Assembly (NCBI GenBank): GCA_965243205.1
Contig: CBDEUK010000002.1
Location: forward strand, 1,120,001-1,184,000
From: Gammaproteobacteria bacterium
GTDB taxonomy: Bacteria; Pseudomonadota; Gammaproteobacteria; Eutrophobiales; Eutrophobiaceae
Direction: 5' to 3'
DNA: 64,000 nucleotides
This document shows positions 21,103 through 31,773 of this stretch, piece after piece (positions within the stretch are counted from its first letter, which is position 1; every line of letters starts with the position of its first letter). The position numbers and the translations under genes are program-made. The notes beneath the pieces were generated by a model that worked only from the letters and a program-made list of their open reading frames with translations, ran no database searches and was not told the DNA's origin.

Positions 21103-22818
21103 TTATTTATTTGATAATAAAATCAATATTATAACGAATAATAAAAACGATAAGCCTTGCCAAAATCGAACAGGATTACGCTGCATTAGTGGACGATTAT
21201 CTTTTACAGAAAACTCAGGATTGGGTTGTCGAAAATCATACAAAAACTCAGAAAGTTCGCCATAGCGTTTTTTAGGATCGGGATCGATAGCTTTCTTAAT
21301 TGTCATGTCAATCCAATGTGGAATATCAGGACGATGATCTTTAACTGAACGATACTGTAACTTTTTAACAAAACTATCCGTCTTCCAGTTATCAGGCATT
21401 TCTCCATACGGCAACTCACCCGATAACATCTCGTAAATAATCACTCCCAAAGAATAAATATCTGATCGGTTAGTCCCTGGTTGATCATTAACGTATTCAG
21501 GTGCTGTATAATTTTTGGTTCCTAATAAATTCTGTTGTGTAATCGGCGTTGTTATTTCTGAAATACCTGCAACTTTAGCCGAACCAAAATCTACAAGCTT
21601 CACAGTTCCTTTACCATCAAGCATGATATTTTCGGGTTTAAGATCTTGATGCAGCATTTCTAAACGATGAAACGCTTGCAAACCTTTTGCAATTTGTTCA
21701 ACCAATAAACGTATTTCTTCGATACTTGGTTTAGGATGATCATTCATCCATTGTTTAATGGTATTTCCTTCCAAATATTCACTGATATGATATAAAAAAC
21801 GTCGTCTACGAGTTGGTTCATACACTTTTACGACATGTGGATTAACAATACGTCTCCCTATCCATTCTTCACGAATAAAACGATCAATATAAGCAGGATC
21901 ATCTTCATAGTTAACTGACGGAGTTTTTATCGCAACTTTTAAACCTGTTTCAGTATCTATCGCCAAATATAACTGTGAACGGTTACTTGTATGTAACTCA
22001 CGGATAATTTTATAACCATCTAAATTCACACCTTCAGATAGTTCAGGTGGAAACGGCAACTCCGTTATTTGTTGATAGATGTCATCAGGATTTTGATTGG
22101 GTATTTGAGTAACTTCTAAAATAAGACACGTTAAATTATCAATACTGCCATTTTCCTTAGCTTGGTACACCATGACTTCAGCAGCTTTAGGTAAATTCGT
22201 TCGACTGTCTTGAATAATCTTAACTATTTCATCTTCTGATAAGTATTCATGTACACCGTCCGTCGTTAATAAATAAATATCATTCTGTTCAATGCTTTCT
22301 TTACTGTAATCAATTTGCAAATGAGTATCTGCACCCATTGCACGACTCAAATAACTTCTATCGTTTGCAACCCAAGTTTTATGATCCGTTGTTAATAATG
22401 TGAGATAACCTTGGCGCAAACGATAAATTCGACTGTCACCAATATGAATCACATGACAAGTTGTTGATTTTAATACAAGAGAACTAAACGTCGTGACCAA
22501 ACCACGGTGTTTTTGTCGTTCAACCTTACCTTGGTTATATAACCAATTGTTTAGTGCAGTTAAAACTTGTTGTGATGATTTTTTGACTGACCAGGTTTCT
22601 GGGGTACTAAAATAATCAGCTAAAAATCCATTGATACATGCATGACTGGCTACTTTGCTGTGATCACTAGTACTAATACCATCAGCAATCGCAACAGCAA
22701 CACCTTTCGTTTCGATTAAATTATCTTCTGGTTGAAAATAACCACAACAATCTTGATTACGTTCTTTAACACCTTTATCAGAAAATTCACCAACGGAGAT
22801 GGATAACTGTTTCGTCAT
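21103..22818 (-). CDS. Bifunctional PP2C phosphatase / Ser-Thr kinase with C-terminal TM anchor
   Basis: NQD, ADG, HIGDSRIY, TTDG, DN (PP2C); VAIK, HQDLKPEN, DFG, YTAPE (kinase). Confidence 0.92.
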   Translation of the reverse strand: MTKQLSISVGEFSDKGVKERNQDCCGYFQPEDNLIETKGVAVAIADGISTSDHSKVASHACINGFLADYFSTPETWSVKKSSQQVLTALNNWLYNQGKVERQKHRGLVTTFSSLVLKSTTCHVIHIGDSRIYRLRQGYLTLLTTDHKTWVANDRSYLSRAMGADTHLQIDYSKESIEQNDIYLLTTDGVHEYLSEDEIVKIIQDSRTNLPKAAEVMVYQAKENGSIDNLTCLILEVTQIPNQNPDDIYQQITELPFPPELSEGVNLDGYKIIRELHTSNRSQLYLAIDTETGLKVAIKTPSVNYEDDPAYIDRFIREEWIGRRIVNPHVVKVYEPTRRRRFLYHISEYLEGNTIKQWMNDHPKPSIEEIRLLVEQIAKGLQAFHRLEMLHQDLKPENIMLDGKGTVKLVDFGSAKVAGISEITTPITQQNLLGTKNYTAPEYVNDQPGTNRSDIYSLGVIIYEMLSGELPYGEMPDNWKTDSFVKKLQYRSVKDHRPDIPHWIDMTIKKAIDPDPKKRYGELSEFLYDFRQPNPEFSVKDNRPLMQRNPVRFWQGLSFLLFVIILILLSNK

Positions 22819-22852
22819 AGCCTTTATCTTAGAATCGATATGATGAATAGTA

Positions 22853-22894
22853 AACAGAGTAACGGTTTATAACGAATATTACCGTTACTCTGTT
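22853..22894 (-). terminator. 14-bp inverted repeat between narK and the kinase/phosphatase gene
   Basis: aacagagtaacggt-N14-accgttactctgtt. Confidence 0.55.
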
Positions 22895-22912
22895 GTTTTA
22901 AGAGATAAAGTC

Positions 22913-24376
22913 TTAACTAACCTCGATCATTTGTACGCTACCATCTGGCATTACTTCAGCAATAGCACCTTCAGGCTCATCAAAGAAAAGAACTGCCACG
23001 AAAGTCAAAACAGCAGCACCTGCGATGGTCATAAAAAATATTTGCGGAGAAACAAATGATAATACGGTTAGAAAACACACTGCGCCAACATTTCCATAAG
23101 CACCAGTCATCCCAGCGATTTGTCCTGTTAAACGACGTTTGATTAATGGAACAATCGCAAACACGGCACCCTCACCTGCTTGAACGAAGAATGAACAACA
23201 CATCGTTACCAGTACTGCTAATAACAATGGCCAACCAGAGTTAATTTGACTCATAAGCAAATAACCAATTGATAAACCAAATAACGTAATCAATAAGGTT
23301 TTCTTACGACCAAATTTATCACTGATCCAACCACCACTAGGACGCGCCACTAAATTCATAAATGCAAAACCAGATGCCAACATACCGGCATGGACTTGGG
23401 AGATTTCAAACGTATCTAAGAAAAATAGCGGTAACATTGAAACAACGGCTAATTCAGAACCGAATGTCACTAAATAGGATAAATTTAAAATAGCGACTTG
23501 TTTAAATTTATATCGATGGATTTCTGGAACAGGTTCATTAAAGACATGTTCGTTTACTTTATAAATTTTAAAACATTGATAACAATAAATAGCTAATAAA
23601 GTACCGTAACAAATCATAGCAGTATTATCTGCAAGCAAACCCAGGGTATTTAATTTCCAAGTTAATGTTGCTAAAGCTGCATACAAAGGAATATTCATGA
23701 TTAAATAGAAAATAAAATCACCTTTACTAGTTACTTCAAGACCACCGGTTTTATTCGGTTTGAAATACGTAGAACCTTCAGGCGTATCAGTCACACTAAA
23801 GAAATAGATGAATGAATAAATAAAGATCATTACGCCTGTTGTTCCAATTGCATAACGCCAACCTTCATCGCCACCATACCAAAGGGCTACGGTTGGTAAT
23901 GTCAAAGCGGCAGCGGCTGAACCGAAGTTACCCCAGCCACCATAAATCCCTTCAGCCAAACCCACTTGTTTTGCGGGAAACCATTCACTGATCATTCGTA
24001 TACCAATAACAAAACCAGCGCCAACAAAGCCTAATAAGAAACGAGCGATGACTAATGTTTCAAAACTATCGGCTAAGGCAAAAAACAAACAGATAAAACT
24101 GGATATAAATAAAAGAAATGAATACACCTTACGTGGACCAAAACTATCCACTAGCATCCCTATGATAATGCGAGCAGGAATGGTTAAAGCTACGTTCAAG
24201 ATTAATAAGATCTTAACTTGTTGATCGGTTAAACCGAATGTTTCTCGAATTGCTGCCATTAGTGGTGCATGGTTAAACCACACCACGAAGGTTAGGAAAA
24301 ATGCAAACCAGGTGAGATGTAAAATTCTGGTGCGCCCTCTAAAGGACAAAAGATTAATTGCTGATTGGCTACCCAT
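22913..24376 (-). CDS. narK: NarK/NRT2-family MFS nitrate/nitrite transporter
   Basis: Nitrate signature [27 protein letters not shown]. Confidence 0.9.
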   Translation of the reverse strand: MGSQSAINLLSFRGRTRILHLTWFAFFLTFVVWFNHAPLMAAIRETFGLTDQQVKILLILNVALTIPARIIIGMLVDSFGPRKVYSFLLFISSFICLFFALADSFETLVIARFLLGFVGAGFVIGIRMISEWFPAKQVGLAEGIYGGWGNFGSAAAALTLPTVALWYGGDEGWRYAIGTTGVMIFIYSFIYFFSVTDTPEGSTYFKPNKTGGLEVTSKGDFIFYLIMNIPLYAALATLTWKLNTLGLLADNTAMICYGTLLAIYCYQCFKIYKVNEHVFNEPVPEIHRYKFKQVAILNLSYLVTFGSELAVVSMLPLFFLDTFEISQVHAGMLASGFAFMNLVARPSGGWISDKFGRKKTLLITLFGLSIGYLLMSQINSGWPLLLAVLVTMCCSFFVQAGEGAVFAIVPLIKRRLTGQIAGMTGAYGNVGAVCFLTVLSFVSPQIFFMTIAGAAVLTFVAVLFFDEPEGAIAEVMPDGSVQMIEVS

Positions 24377-24417
24377 GGGTAATTGCTCCGTATTGATATA
24401 AAATTTGCACCAAAGAT

Positions 24418-24433
24418 AGCAATCCGCTTGCCA
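24418..24433 (-). promoter_or_regulatory. sigma54 promoter of narK
   Basis: TGGCAAGCGGATTGCT; NtrC-like TGCTCTTATTTTGAGCA at 24490-24506. Confidence 0.85.
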
Positions 24434-24586
24434 GCAAATTCAAATCATAGATAAGCTATTGAATAACCGAATGTTTTTTATGAAATTATTGCTCTTATTT
24501 TGAGCATAAGACTGAATCAAAATGGATCATTAAAAAGCAAAAAACATTCTTATGCTTCATAATGATCCATATTTTATTAATAATGT

Positions 24587-25432
24587 TTAAGCTGCTTTCG
24601 TATCGTCTTTTTTATCGTCGTTCTCAGTTTTAGCCTTTGGAATACTTTCTATTTTCCGCTGCTTTTCATACAAGAACTTCAAGACCTCTGAACGTAGATG
24701 CGTATATTCAGGATCTTCTACCAAGGCTAAACGATCTCGAGGACGCTCTAAACCAATATCCAAGATTTCACCTATGCCAGCTGCAGGACCATTTGTCATC
24801 ATAACAATACGATCAGAAAGTAATACAGCTTCATCCACATCATGCGTAATCATAATAACTGTATTATTCAATTCATTTTGAATTTCCATTAATGAATCTT
24901 GCATGTGTGTACGAGTTAAAGCATCCAAAGCACCAAACGGTTCATCCATTAATAAAATATCAGGTTGCATCGATAACGCGCGAGCAATACCAACGCGTTG
25001 TTTCATCCCACCTGAAATTTCATCTGGACGTTTATGCATGGCATGATCCATATGCACAAGCTTAAGGTTATGTTCAATCCATTCTTTCATCTCAGCTTTG
25101 CTCTTTTCACCTTTGAAAACTGCTTTTACAGCAAGCTCAACATTTTCATAAGCTGTTAACCAAGGTAGTAAAGAATGATTTTGGAAAACTACGGCACGTT
25201 CAGGTCCTGGTTCTGTCACTTCTTTACCATGTAAAACAATTCCACCAGTCGTTGCTTGATAAAGCCCAGCAACAATGTTTAACACGGTAGACTTACCACA
25301 ACCAGAGTGGCCGATGAGTGAAACAAATTCACCTTTGTTGATCTTAAGACTAATATTCTTCAAAGCCGTGAACGGGCCTTGTGGTGTTGGAAATACCATA
25401 TCAATATTATCAATGTTTAGTATTGGATCCAT
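24587..25432 (-). CDS. nrtD: Nitrate ABC transporter ATP-binding subunit (NrtC/D)
   Basis: GHSGCGKST, VFQNHSLLPW, ISGGMKQRV, DEPFGALD. Confidence 0.88.
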   Translation of the reverse strand: MDPILNIDNIDMVFPTPQGPFTALKNISLKINKGEFVSLIGHSGCGKSTVLNIVAGLYQATTGGIVLHGKEVTEPGPERAVVFQNHSLLPWLTAYENVELAVKAVFKGEKSKAEMKEWIEHNLKLVHMDHAMHKRPDEISGGMKQRVGIARALSMQPDILLMDEPFGALDALTRTHMQDSLMEIQNELNNTVIMITHDVDEAVLLSDRIVMMTNGPAAGIGEILDIGLERPRDRLALVEDPEYTHLRSEVLKFLYEKQRKIESIPKAKTENDDKKDDTKAA

Positions 25433-25478
25433 AATTAAAATTCTCTTTAATATAATTTTTTAACATCAGTAAAAGTTA

Positions 25479-26477
25479 TTATCTTGCAGCCGACGATTTG
25501 TCCCATGAGACATATCGTTGTATCGCAAGCATTCCACGGTCTAAAAGAAATCCAATAAAACCGATCACGATAATAGCGGCCATGATACGGCTTAATGAAT
25601 TAGAACTTCCATTTTGAAATTCATCCCATACAAATTTTCCAAGTCCAGGATTTTGTGCCAACATTTCAGCGGCAATTAACACCATCCATGCAATACCTAA
25701 CGACAAACGCATGCCAGTAAAAATCATCGGTATGGATGCGGGTAAAACAATTTTTTGAATATGTTTTAATGAAGCCAGTCTTAACACACGACTAACGTTT
25801 ACAAGATCTTTATCAATTGATGCAACACCCACTGAAGTATTAATCAACATCGGCCACATACAACATAAGGTTACTGTTAATAAAGAGTTAATAAAGGATT
25901 TTGGTACAACGGGATCAGGTGTTGCGTATAAGGCACTCACAACCATTGTCACTAATGGCAACCATGCTAAAGGTGATACTGGTTTAAATATCTGTACGAT
26001 AGGATTTATTGCTGTATTTAAAGTTTTACTTAAACCAACAGCAATACCCGTTGGAATAGCAATTAAAGCGGCTAAGAAAAAACCACTCATGACAGTAATT
26101 AAACTCGTTACAATTTGATCCCAAAATGTTTCCTTACCTGTGTAGGGACGTTTCTTAACAACGTAATCTGGGTTCTTAGCTAATTTTTTAGCGTTACGTT
26201 TTTCTTGACGTTCATAAAATGCCGCTTCTTTCTCACGTTCTGTTTTATGTTCTTGATATAAAGCTTGGAACTGTTGAACTACAGCACTAGGACCAGGGAA
26301 TTTCCCTAATGAAGTATTAATTTGATTTGCTACACCCGCCCAAACTAATAGAAAAACCGCAATGCCCACTAAGGGCAAAGCGATTGTTTCAACAAGCTTT
26401 GAGATCAAAGCTTTTACTTGGGGGGAAAACTCTATAGCGGTTCCTTTATTTAAGTATGTTGTTGTTTCAGAACTCAT
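25479..26477 (-). CDS. nrtB: Nitrate ABC transporter permease
   Basis: PVSPLAWLP, GMRLSLGIAWMVLIAAEML. Confidence 0.9.
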   Translation of the reverse strand: MSSETTTYLNKGTAIEFSPQVKALISKLVETIALPLVGIAVFLLVWAGVANQINTSLGKFPGPSAVVQQFQALYQEHKTEREKEAAFYERQEKRNAKKLAKNPDYVVKKRPYTGKETFWDQIVTSLITVMSGFFLAALIAIPTGIAVGLSKTLNTAINPIVQIFKPVSPLAWLPLVTMVVSALYATPDPVVPKSFINSLLTVTLCCMWPMLINTSVGVASIDKDLVNVSRVLRLASLKHIQKIVLPASIPMIFTGMRLSLGIAWMVLIAAEMLAQNPGLGKFVWDEFQNGSSNSLSRIMAAIIVIGFIGFLLDRGMLAIQRYVSWDKSSAAR

Positions 26478-26524
26478 ATGTTTTTTCCTATTAGTTGTTT
26501 CCTATAAAAAGAGCAGGGGTAAGC

Positions 26525-27895
26525 TTAAAGCTTATCCCCTTGCTTAAGACCAATAGGAAACTTATTAATATAATCATTTGGTTTTGAACCATCGAAAGCA
26601 ATTCCATCAATGAATTCAGTTTGCTCAGGCTTGAAACCAGTTTCAGTTGCAAAATCAGGGAAGTCTTCTGCTTTTGCTAAACCTTCTTCAATAAGTGATT
26701 TTGCAGCAGTGGTATAAATGTCAGGACGATAAACTTTTGCCGCCATGTCTTTGTACCAATCATCAGATTTATCTTCTTCGATTTGGCCCCAACGACGCAT
26801 TTGCGTTAAATACCAAATCGCATCTGAATAATATGGATAAGTCGCGTTGTAACGGAAGAACACGTTAAAATCAGGTACTTCACGTTTATCACCTTTTTCA
26901 TATTCGAAGGTACCAGTCATTGAGTTAGCAATTACATCGTAGTCTGCACCTACATAATTTGATTGCGATAAGATTTTTACTGCAGCAGGACGGTTCGCAT
27001 TATCATTTTCATCCAACCACATCGCAGCACGAATTAAGGCACGTACTAAACGAACAGTTGTATTAGGATATTTCTCTGCGAATTCTTTAGTGATACCAAA
27101 TACTTTTTCTGGGTTATCTTTCCAGATCTCATAATCAGTTATCACAGGAACACCAATGCCTTTGAATACCGCTTGTTGGTTCCAAGGCTCACCAACACAA
27201 TAACCATAAATTGTTCCCGCTTCTAACGTTGCAGGCATCTGTGGAGGAGGTGTTACTGAAAGCAACGCATCGGCATCGATTTGACCTGAGATATCACCTT
27301 TGTGTGGTGCATAGTAACCAGGATGAATACCACCAGCCGCTAACCAATAACGTAATTCATAGTTATGAGTTGATACTGGGAATACCATACCCATGTTGAA
27401 AGGCTTACCTTCTTCTTTGTATTTTTCAACAACAGGTTTTAAATAATCAGCTTTGATAGGATGAACCGGTTTACCATCATCCATTTTTGGAATATTGCCT
27501 TTCATTTGTTCCCAAATGTCATTTGAAACAGTAATACCATTACCATTTAAATCCATTGAGAAAGGAGTAATGATGTGCGCTTTTGTACCAAAACCCATGG
27601 TTGCGGCAATTGGCTGACCAGCTAACATATGAGCGCCATCTAGTTGGCCATCAATCACGCCATCTAATAACACTTTCCAGTTAGCTTGCGCTTCAATCGT
27701 TACATAAAGACCTTCGTCTTCGAAATAACCGTTTTCGTAGGCTATGGCTATTGGTGCCATATCGGTTAATTTAATAAAACCGAATTTTAAATCTTCTTTT
27801 TCTGGCTCACCAAGTTCTGCTGAGCTGTTAAAAGAAATAGACAAAATAGTAAAAAATAACAGTCCATTTGTTAGCTTATTCAATATGGATTTCAT
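26525..27895 (-). CDS. nrtA: Nitrate ABC transporter periplasmic binding protein (NrtA/CmpA family)
   Basis: Signal peptide, [29 protein letters not shown]. Confidence 0.9.
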   Translation of the reverse strand: MKSILNKLTNGLLFFTILSISFNSSAELGEPEKEDLKFGFIKLTDMAPIAIAYENGYFEDEGLYVTIEAQANWKVLLDGVIDGQLDGAHMLAGQPIAATMGFGTKAHIITPFSMDLNGNGITVSNDIWEQMKGNIPKMDDGKPVHPIKADYLKPVVEKYKEEGKPFNMGMVFPVSTHNYELRYWLAAGGIHPGYYAPHKGDISGQIDADALLSVTPPPQMPATLEAGTIYGYCVGEPWNQQAVFKGIGVPVITDYEIWKDNPEKVFGITKEFAEKYPNTTVRLVRALIRAAMWLDENDNANRPAAVKILSQSNYVGADYDVIANSMTGTFEYEKGDKREVPDFNVFFRYNATYPYYSDAIWYLTQMRRWGQIEEDKSDDWYKDMAAKVYRPDIYTTAAKSLIEEGLAKAEDFPDFATETGFKPEQTEFIDGIAFDGSKPNDYINKFPIGLKQGDKL

Positions 27896-27938
27896 TGTTG
27901 TTACATCTCCAGGTTAAAAAAAGTTTTAAAAATTATTT

Positions 27939-28022
27939 AAAAAAAAACGCCCAACACCAATCAACCTATATTGATGCTGGACGCCTTTGTCCTAAATTAT
28001 GTATAACGACTTTGTTACACAT
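27939..28022 (-). promoter_or_regulatory. ANTAR twin-hairpin leader with overlapping intrinsic terminator (NasT target) before nrtA
   Basis: P1 TAAC-AAAGTC-GTTA and P2 GGAC-AAAGGC-GTCC (hexaloops with A1/G4); the P2 3' arm is part of terminator GCGTCCAGCATCAAT...ATTGGTGTTGGGCGT followed by poly-U. Confidence 0.88.
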
Positions 28023-28064
28023 AACGAGTAATTAATTTAATTTTTTAATTAATACTTGCTGTAT

Positions 28065-28080
28065 TGCAACAGGCTTGCCA
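28065..28080 (-). promoter_or_regulatory. sigma54 promoter of nrtA
   Basis: TGGCAAGCCTGTTGCA; NtrC-like sites at 28154-28170 and 28185-28201. Confidence 0.85.
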
Positions 28081-28210
28081 ACTTCTTAAGCTGTTGTTAT
28101 TAAAGGAGTATTTAAGATTTTAAGTATAAGGTAAGAAATTTTTAGAAAATTTACGCTCTAGAATGATTCAGTTTTTTTAAGTTCCGCTCAATAATGGAGC
28201 AACAATAAAT

Positions 28211-29515
28211 TTAAGAATTCTTTTTAGCTAAAGCATCCATATCAACTTGATTTGAATGGGTTTCAAAAGAATTGATGTAAGTAATGATGTCATCAATTGA
28301 AAAGATTCTGCCATCAATAAAATGATCCGCACCTAACTCAAAACTTTTTCCATTTTCATTAAATTGCCAAGTTGTAGCGTGTTCACCTTCTGTTTTGTAA
28401 TTTGATTGAGGGTAATCTAAACCAAGTTGCATAGCAGCCTCACGAAAAATATCAGGACGATAGATACTTTCAGCAACTTGTTTAATATTTAGAGGTTTCT
28501 GAAGTTGTCCCCAGCGATACATCTGCGATATAACCCAAGCAGCATCAGAACACCATGGATAATTAGCCAAATATCGATGAAACACATTAAAGTCTGTTAT
28601 TTCTTTTCCACCAACTCCAGGAGTCTGTTCATTGAATTTACCCGTTAAAGACTGCTTTATAATATCCTTTGAAATACCAATGTATTTTTCATCTGCTAAT
28701 AATTCAGCAACTTCTTCTCTGTTTTCCGTTTTATCTGCCCACATCGCTGCCTGAAGTAACGATTTAATAACCGCGAGGTGTGTAAGAGGATATTTCTCTG
28801 CCCATTCTTGTGTAACACCAAAAACTTTTTCAGGCGAATTATTCCAAACGTCATAACCAGCAATAATTATTTTCCCAACGCCTTCACTAACAGCATTACT
28901 GTTCCAAGGTTCACCGACACAGTAACCATCAATTTGTTGATCTTTTAAATTACTGACCATGTATTGAGGAGGAATAGGTCTTATTTCAACATCTGTATCT
29001 GGGTTGATACCCGCAGAACCCAACCAATAACGTAATTCATAATTATGATTTGAATAAGGATACACCATTGCAAAAGTTAACAATGGTTTACCATCGTTTT
29101 TATTCTTATCAATTAATTGTTTTAATGCTGGCGCTGTATTTTTAGGCTTTTTTGTAATCGTTGGATCAATATTGATTAATTGTTCGTAAAGCTTATTAGA
29201 AACTGTAATGGCATTACCATTTAAATCCATACTAAAACTGGCAAGCATATTTTTTTTCGTGTTATTCAAACCCAAAGTCATTGCTAATGGCATACCAGAT
29301 AACATTTGTGCGCCATCCAAAGCTCCTACAGATACTTTGTCACGGATATTTGCCCACGATGCTTCTTTAGATAATTCAACATTATTTAAACCTTGTTCAA
29401 TGAAGAATCCTTTTTCTTTTGCTATCACAAGAGCGTAACAATCAGTCAATGGAACAAAGCCCAAAGTGAGCTCGGTCTTCTCCGGTAAAATGTCATTACA
29501 AATATCAGTGCTCAT
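28211..29515 (-). CDS. nasS: Cytoplasmic nitrate sensor NasS (NrtA-like, no signal peptide)
   Basis: [25 protein letters not shown]; no signal peptide; 10 bp downstream of the ANTAR regulator. Confidence 0.82.
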   Translation of the reverse strand: MSTDICNDILPEKTELTLGFVPLTDCYALVIAKEKGFFIEQGLNNVELSKEASWANIRDKVSVGALDGAQMLSGMPLAMTLGLNNTKKNMLASFSMDLNGNAITVSNKLYEQLINIDPTITKKPKNTAPALKQLIDKNKNDGKPLLTFAMVYPYSNHNYELRYWLGSAGINPDTDVEIRPIPPQYMVSNLKDQQIDGYCVGEPWNSNAVSEGVGKIIIAGYDVWNNSPEKVFGVTQEWAEKYPLTHLAVIKSLLQAAMWADKTENREEVAELLADEKYIGISKDIIKQSLTGKFNEQTPGVGGKEITDFNVFHRYLANYPWCSDAAWVISQMYRWGQLQKPLNIKQVAESIYRPDIFREAAMQLGLDYPQSNYKTEGEHATTWQFNENGKSFELGADHFIDGRIFSIDDIITYINSFETHSNQVDMDALAKKNS

Positions 29516-29525
29516 TTTTTTAACC

Positions 29526-30122
29526 TTATTTATTTAATAGCTCTGCAGCGGCGATAATACTTTTCGCTAAATCTATCTGTTTCATGTTTCTGCTCATCGC
29601 TATTTTTTGCATTGCTTTGTGTGCTTCTGGTTCAGAATAATTTGATTGTTTCATCAATATAGATTTCGCTCTGGCTATTAGCTTTCTTTCTTCTAATGTG
29701 TTTTTTGCTTTTTCTAGTTCAGTTTTAATTGTTTGATAATCATTAAAACGAGCTATCGCTGTTTCTAAAATCGGCATGACTCTATTAGGTTGCATACCAT
29801 CAACGATATAAGCCGTTACTCCGGCTTTAACTGCTTTATTAATAGTTTCGGAATCATCATCATTGGTAAACATAACAACAGGCAGTGGGGTATCATTGTT
29901 GATGTTACGCATTTGTTCTAACGTATCACGATCAGGAGAGTCCATATCAACAATAATGACATCGGGCAGGTAACGATTGACTAATTGATGAAGGTCATCA
30001 CCCTTAGTTGCTTTACCAACAATAGAATGACCAAGGTTTTTCAATAATTTTTCCATCGCAAGCAAACGCTCTGGTTGCTCATCGATCAACATAATATTGA
30101 GTTGTTTAGATTCCTTGACCAT
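29526..30122 (-). CDS. nasT: ANTAR-domain antiterminator NasT
   Basis: Receiver-like N-terminus (DMDSPDRDTLEQ, AGVTAYIVDG) plus ANTAR (ERKLIARAKSILMK...EAH...AM). Confidence 0.9.
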   Translation of the reverse strand: MVKESKQLNIMLIDEQPERLLAMEKLLKNLGHSIVGKATKGDDLHQLVNRYLPDVIIVDMDSPDRDTLEQMRNINNDTPLPVVMFTNDDDSETINKAVKAGVTAYIVDGMQPNRVMPILETAIARFNDYQTIKTELEKAKNTLEERKLIARAKSILMKQSNYSEPEAHKAMQKIAMSRNMKQIDLAKSIIAAAELLNK

Positions 30123-30171
30123 ATGAATTAGGAGTTGATGTTAAACACTAATAAAATAAAACAATAATATG

Positions 30172-30188
30172 TGTGGTTATTAACCACA
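30172..30188. promoter_or_regulatory. Perfect palindrome upstream of nasT (putative operator)
   Basis: TGTGGTTA-T-TAACCACA. Confidence 0.45.
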
Positions 30189-30212
30189 GTAAAAATATAT
30201 CTATCAATATTG

Positions 30213-30245
30213 AAAAACTCCCTTGCTTATGAAGCAAGAGAGTTT
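30213..30245 (-). terminator. Terminator downstream of the porin gene
   Basis: aaactc.cttgctt...aagcaag.gagttt stem with a U-run on the minus strand. Confidence 0.65.
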
Positions 30246-30276
30246 GTCAATTTATACAATCGTATAGTTTTTAAAT

Positions 30277-31590
30277 TTAGAACTTCAATGAGAAATAAGC
30301 CCAGAACTTAGTTAAGTCTGTTGATCTAGGATTACCATTAGTTCCATCACCATCACCAGAGTAATCGGCATATTTCAAACCAAGGGTGTATTTCTTATTC
30401 CAAGTCTTGGTAAACCAAACATCAAATTCATCACCATACTCATCAAAACCAGTATCGTTTTCTGGATCTAACATATGATAAGACAAGATAAGTTTGGTGT
30501 CATAAGCACCCGTTGCTACGACAGTGAAGTATGTATCTTCAATACCAGTACCAGGAGTAGCAAGGAAATTATCAGCCCAACCTTGATAAGCGTGGTTAGT
30601 ACCCATCGGCGTTCTAAAAGCAATACCCGCATCTTCGTCAGCTTCAAGTACTTCATAACTCACTTTTGCAAGTAAAGACTTTACGAAAGAATCTTTGAAT
30701 CCAAATTTGAAACCACCTTCTGCTAAATAATAATTAGCATCATAGTCTGTAGGCGCATCGTCACTCTCACTTTGAGTAGCAAATTCACCAGCGTAGACCG
30801 CTTTTGCAAATTCAGTAACAGGTACTGCACCATTAACACGAAAACCAGCCGTTGTTGTACCTAACTGTCTACCATCAACCGCAAAAGGATCATTAGTGAA
30901 GTTAAGATCATAATAGTAACCTTCTAACTTAGCGTATTTTAGACCACTGTATTGAACATTAAAGATTGGTGATTCTTGATCACGATCTTGGCCGTTAATA
31001 AAGTTATTGTTCCAAATATAACCTGCCAATATTTTGGTATCAGGCAAAGATGTATTAGTGATTGTAATCGCATCTTGTGTTTGCCAATTTTGACGCCATA
31101 GAATCGTACCTAAAAAACGGTGAAAAGGTGCTTTACGTGGTGTGATGATCTGACGACCAACTTTAATTTCAGTGTTAGGAAAAGGTTTGAACGCAGCATA
31201 TGCTTGGTTCACTTCAGTACCTTCCGGATCAATAATTGCTGGAAAGCCTGTAGCACCACCAGCACCTGAACCACCATTTGGACCATCAAAATATTCATCA
31301 TCGTCAAGTAACGCAGTCACATTTTCAAATTCAACGAAGAAATGCGTTTTATAAAATTCAGCAGATTTATAATGTAAAGTAAAACGACCAGTTAATGCTT
31401 CCGCTTCGTTATCAATTAAATTTGGTCTCTCATCTTCTACATTTTCATATCGGATATTGACGCTACCACCAAATGTACCAGCTTTTAACGCATCAACTAG
31501 GTCATCAGCAAAAACTCCCCCACTCGAAAACATTGTTGTAAGCAATACTGCTTTACTCACTAACGTTGTTTTATACAAATAATTTTTCAC
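30277..31590 (-). CDS. Outer-membrane beta-barrel porin (alginate-export-like family), probable nitrate channel
   Basis: Signal peptide, RYENV, DPEGTEVNQAY, GRQ, WRQN.QT.DA, GTNHAYQGWAD.F, terminal Phe. Confidence 0.8.
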   Translation of the reverse strand: MKNYLYKTTLVSKAVLLTTMFSSGGVFADDLVDALKAGTFGGSVNIRYENVEDERPNLIDNEAEALTGRFTLHYKSAEFYKTHFFVEFENVTALLDDDEYFDGPNGGSGAGGATGFPAIIDPEGTEVNQAYAAFKPFPNTEIKVGRQIITPRKAPFHRFLGTILWRQNWQTQDAITITNTSLPDTKILAGYIWNNNFINGQDRDQESPIFNVQYSGLKYAKLEGYYYDLNFTNDPFAVDGRQLGTTTAGFRVNGAVPVTEFAKAVYAGEFATQSESDDAPTDYDANYYLAEGGFKFGFKDSFVKSLLAKVSYEVLEADEDAGIAFRTPMGTNHAYQGWADNFLATPGTGIEDTYFTVVATGAYDTKLILSYHMLDPENDTGFDEYGDEFDVWFTKTWNKKYTLGLKYADYSGDGDGTNGNPRSTDLTKFWAYFSLKF

Positions 31591-31643
31591 AATATATTCT
31601 CCAATCTTAAGTATGTTTTAATTGTGTTGAAAAAAATTAAATC

Positions 31644-31742
31644 AAAAAAAAACCTCTCCAAGACACTCTATGATTGAGCATCATGAACAGGCTTCTTTAC
31701 CCAATTTTGATAATCTTTAAATTTGACTACGCCATTGCAATC
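31644..31742 (-). promoter_or_regulatory. ANTAR twin-hairpin leader with terminator before the porin gene
   Basis: P1 GATTGC-AATGGC-GTAGTC and weaker P2 GGGT-AAAGAA-GCCT, overlapping an imperfect stem followed by U9. Confidence 0.7.
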
Positions 31743-31757
31743 AATTGTTGGTAATGG

Positions 31758-31773
31758 AGCAATAAGCAGACCA
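31758..31773 (-). promoter_or_regulatory. sigma54 promoter of the porin gene
   Basis: TGGTCTGCTTATTGCT; IHF consensus AATCAATTACTTA at 31780-31792; NtrC-like sites at 31837-31853 and 31869-31885. Confidence 0.8.

Noticed and set aside
14209-31354. Small antisense or alternative-frame ORFs within the nitrate genes
   Set aside because: Overlap well-supported CDSs; shadow ORFs
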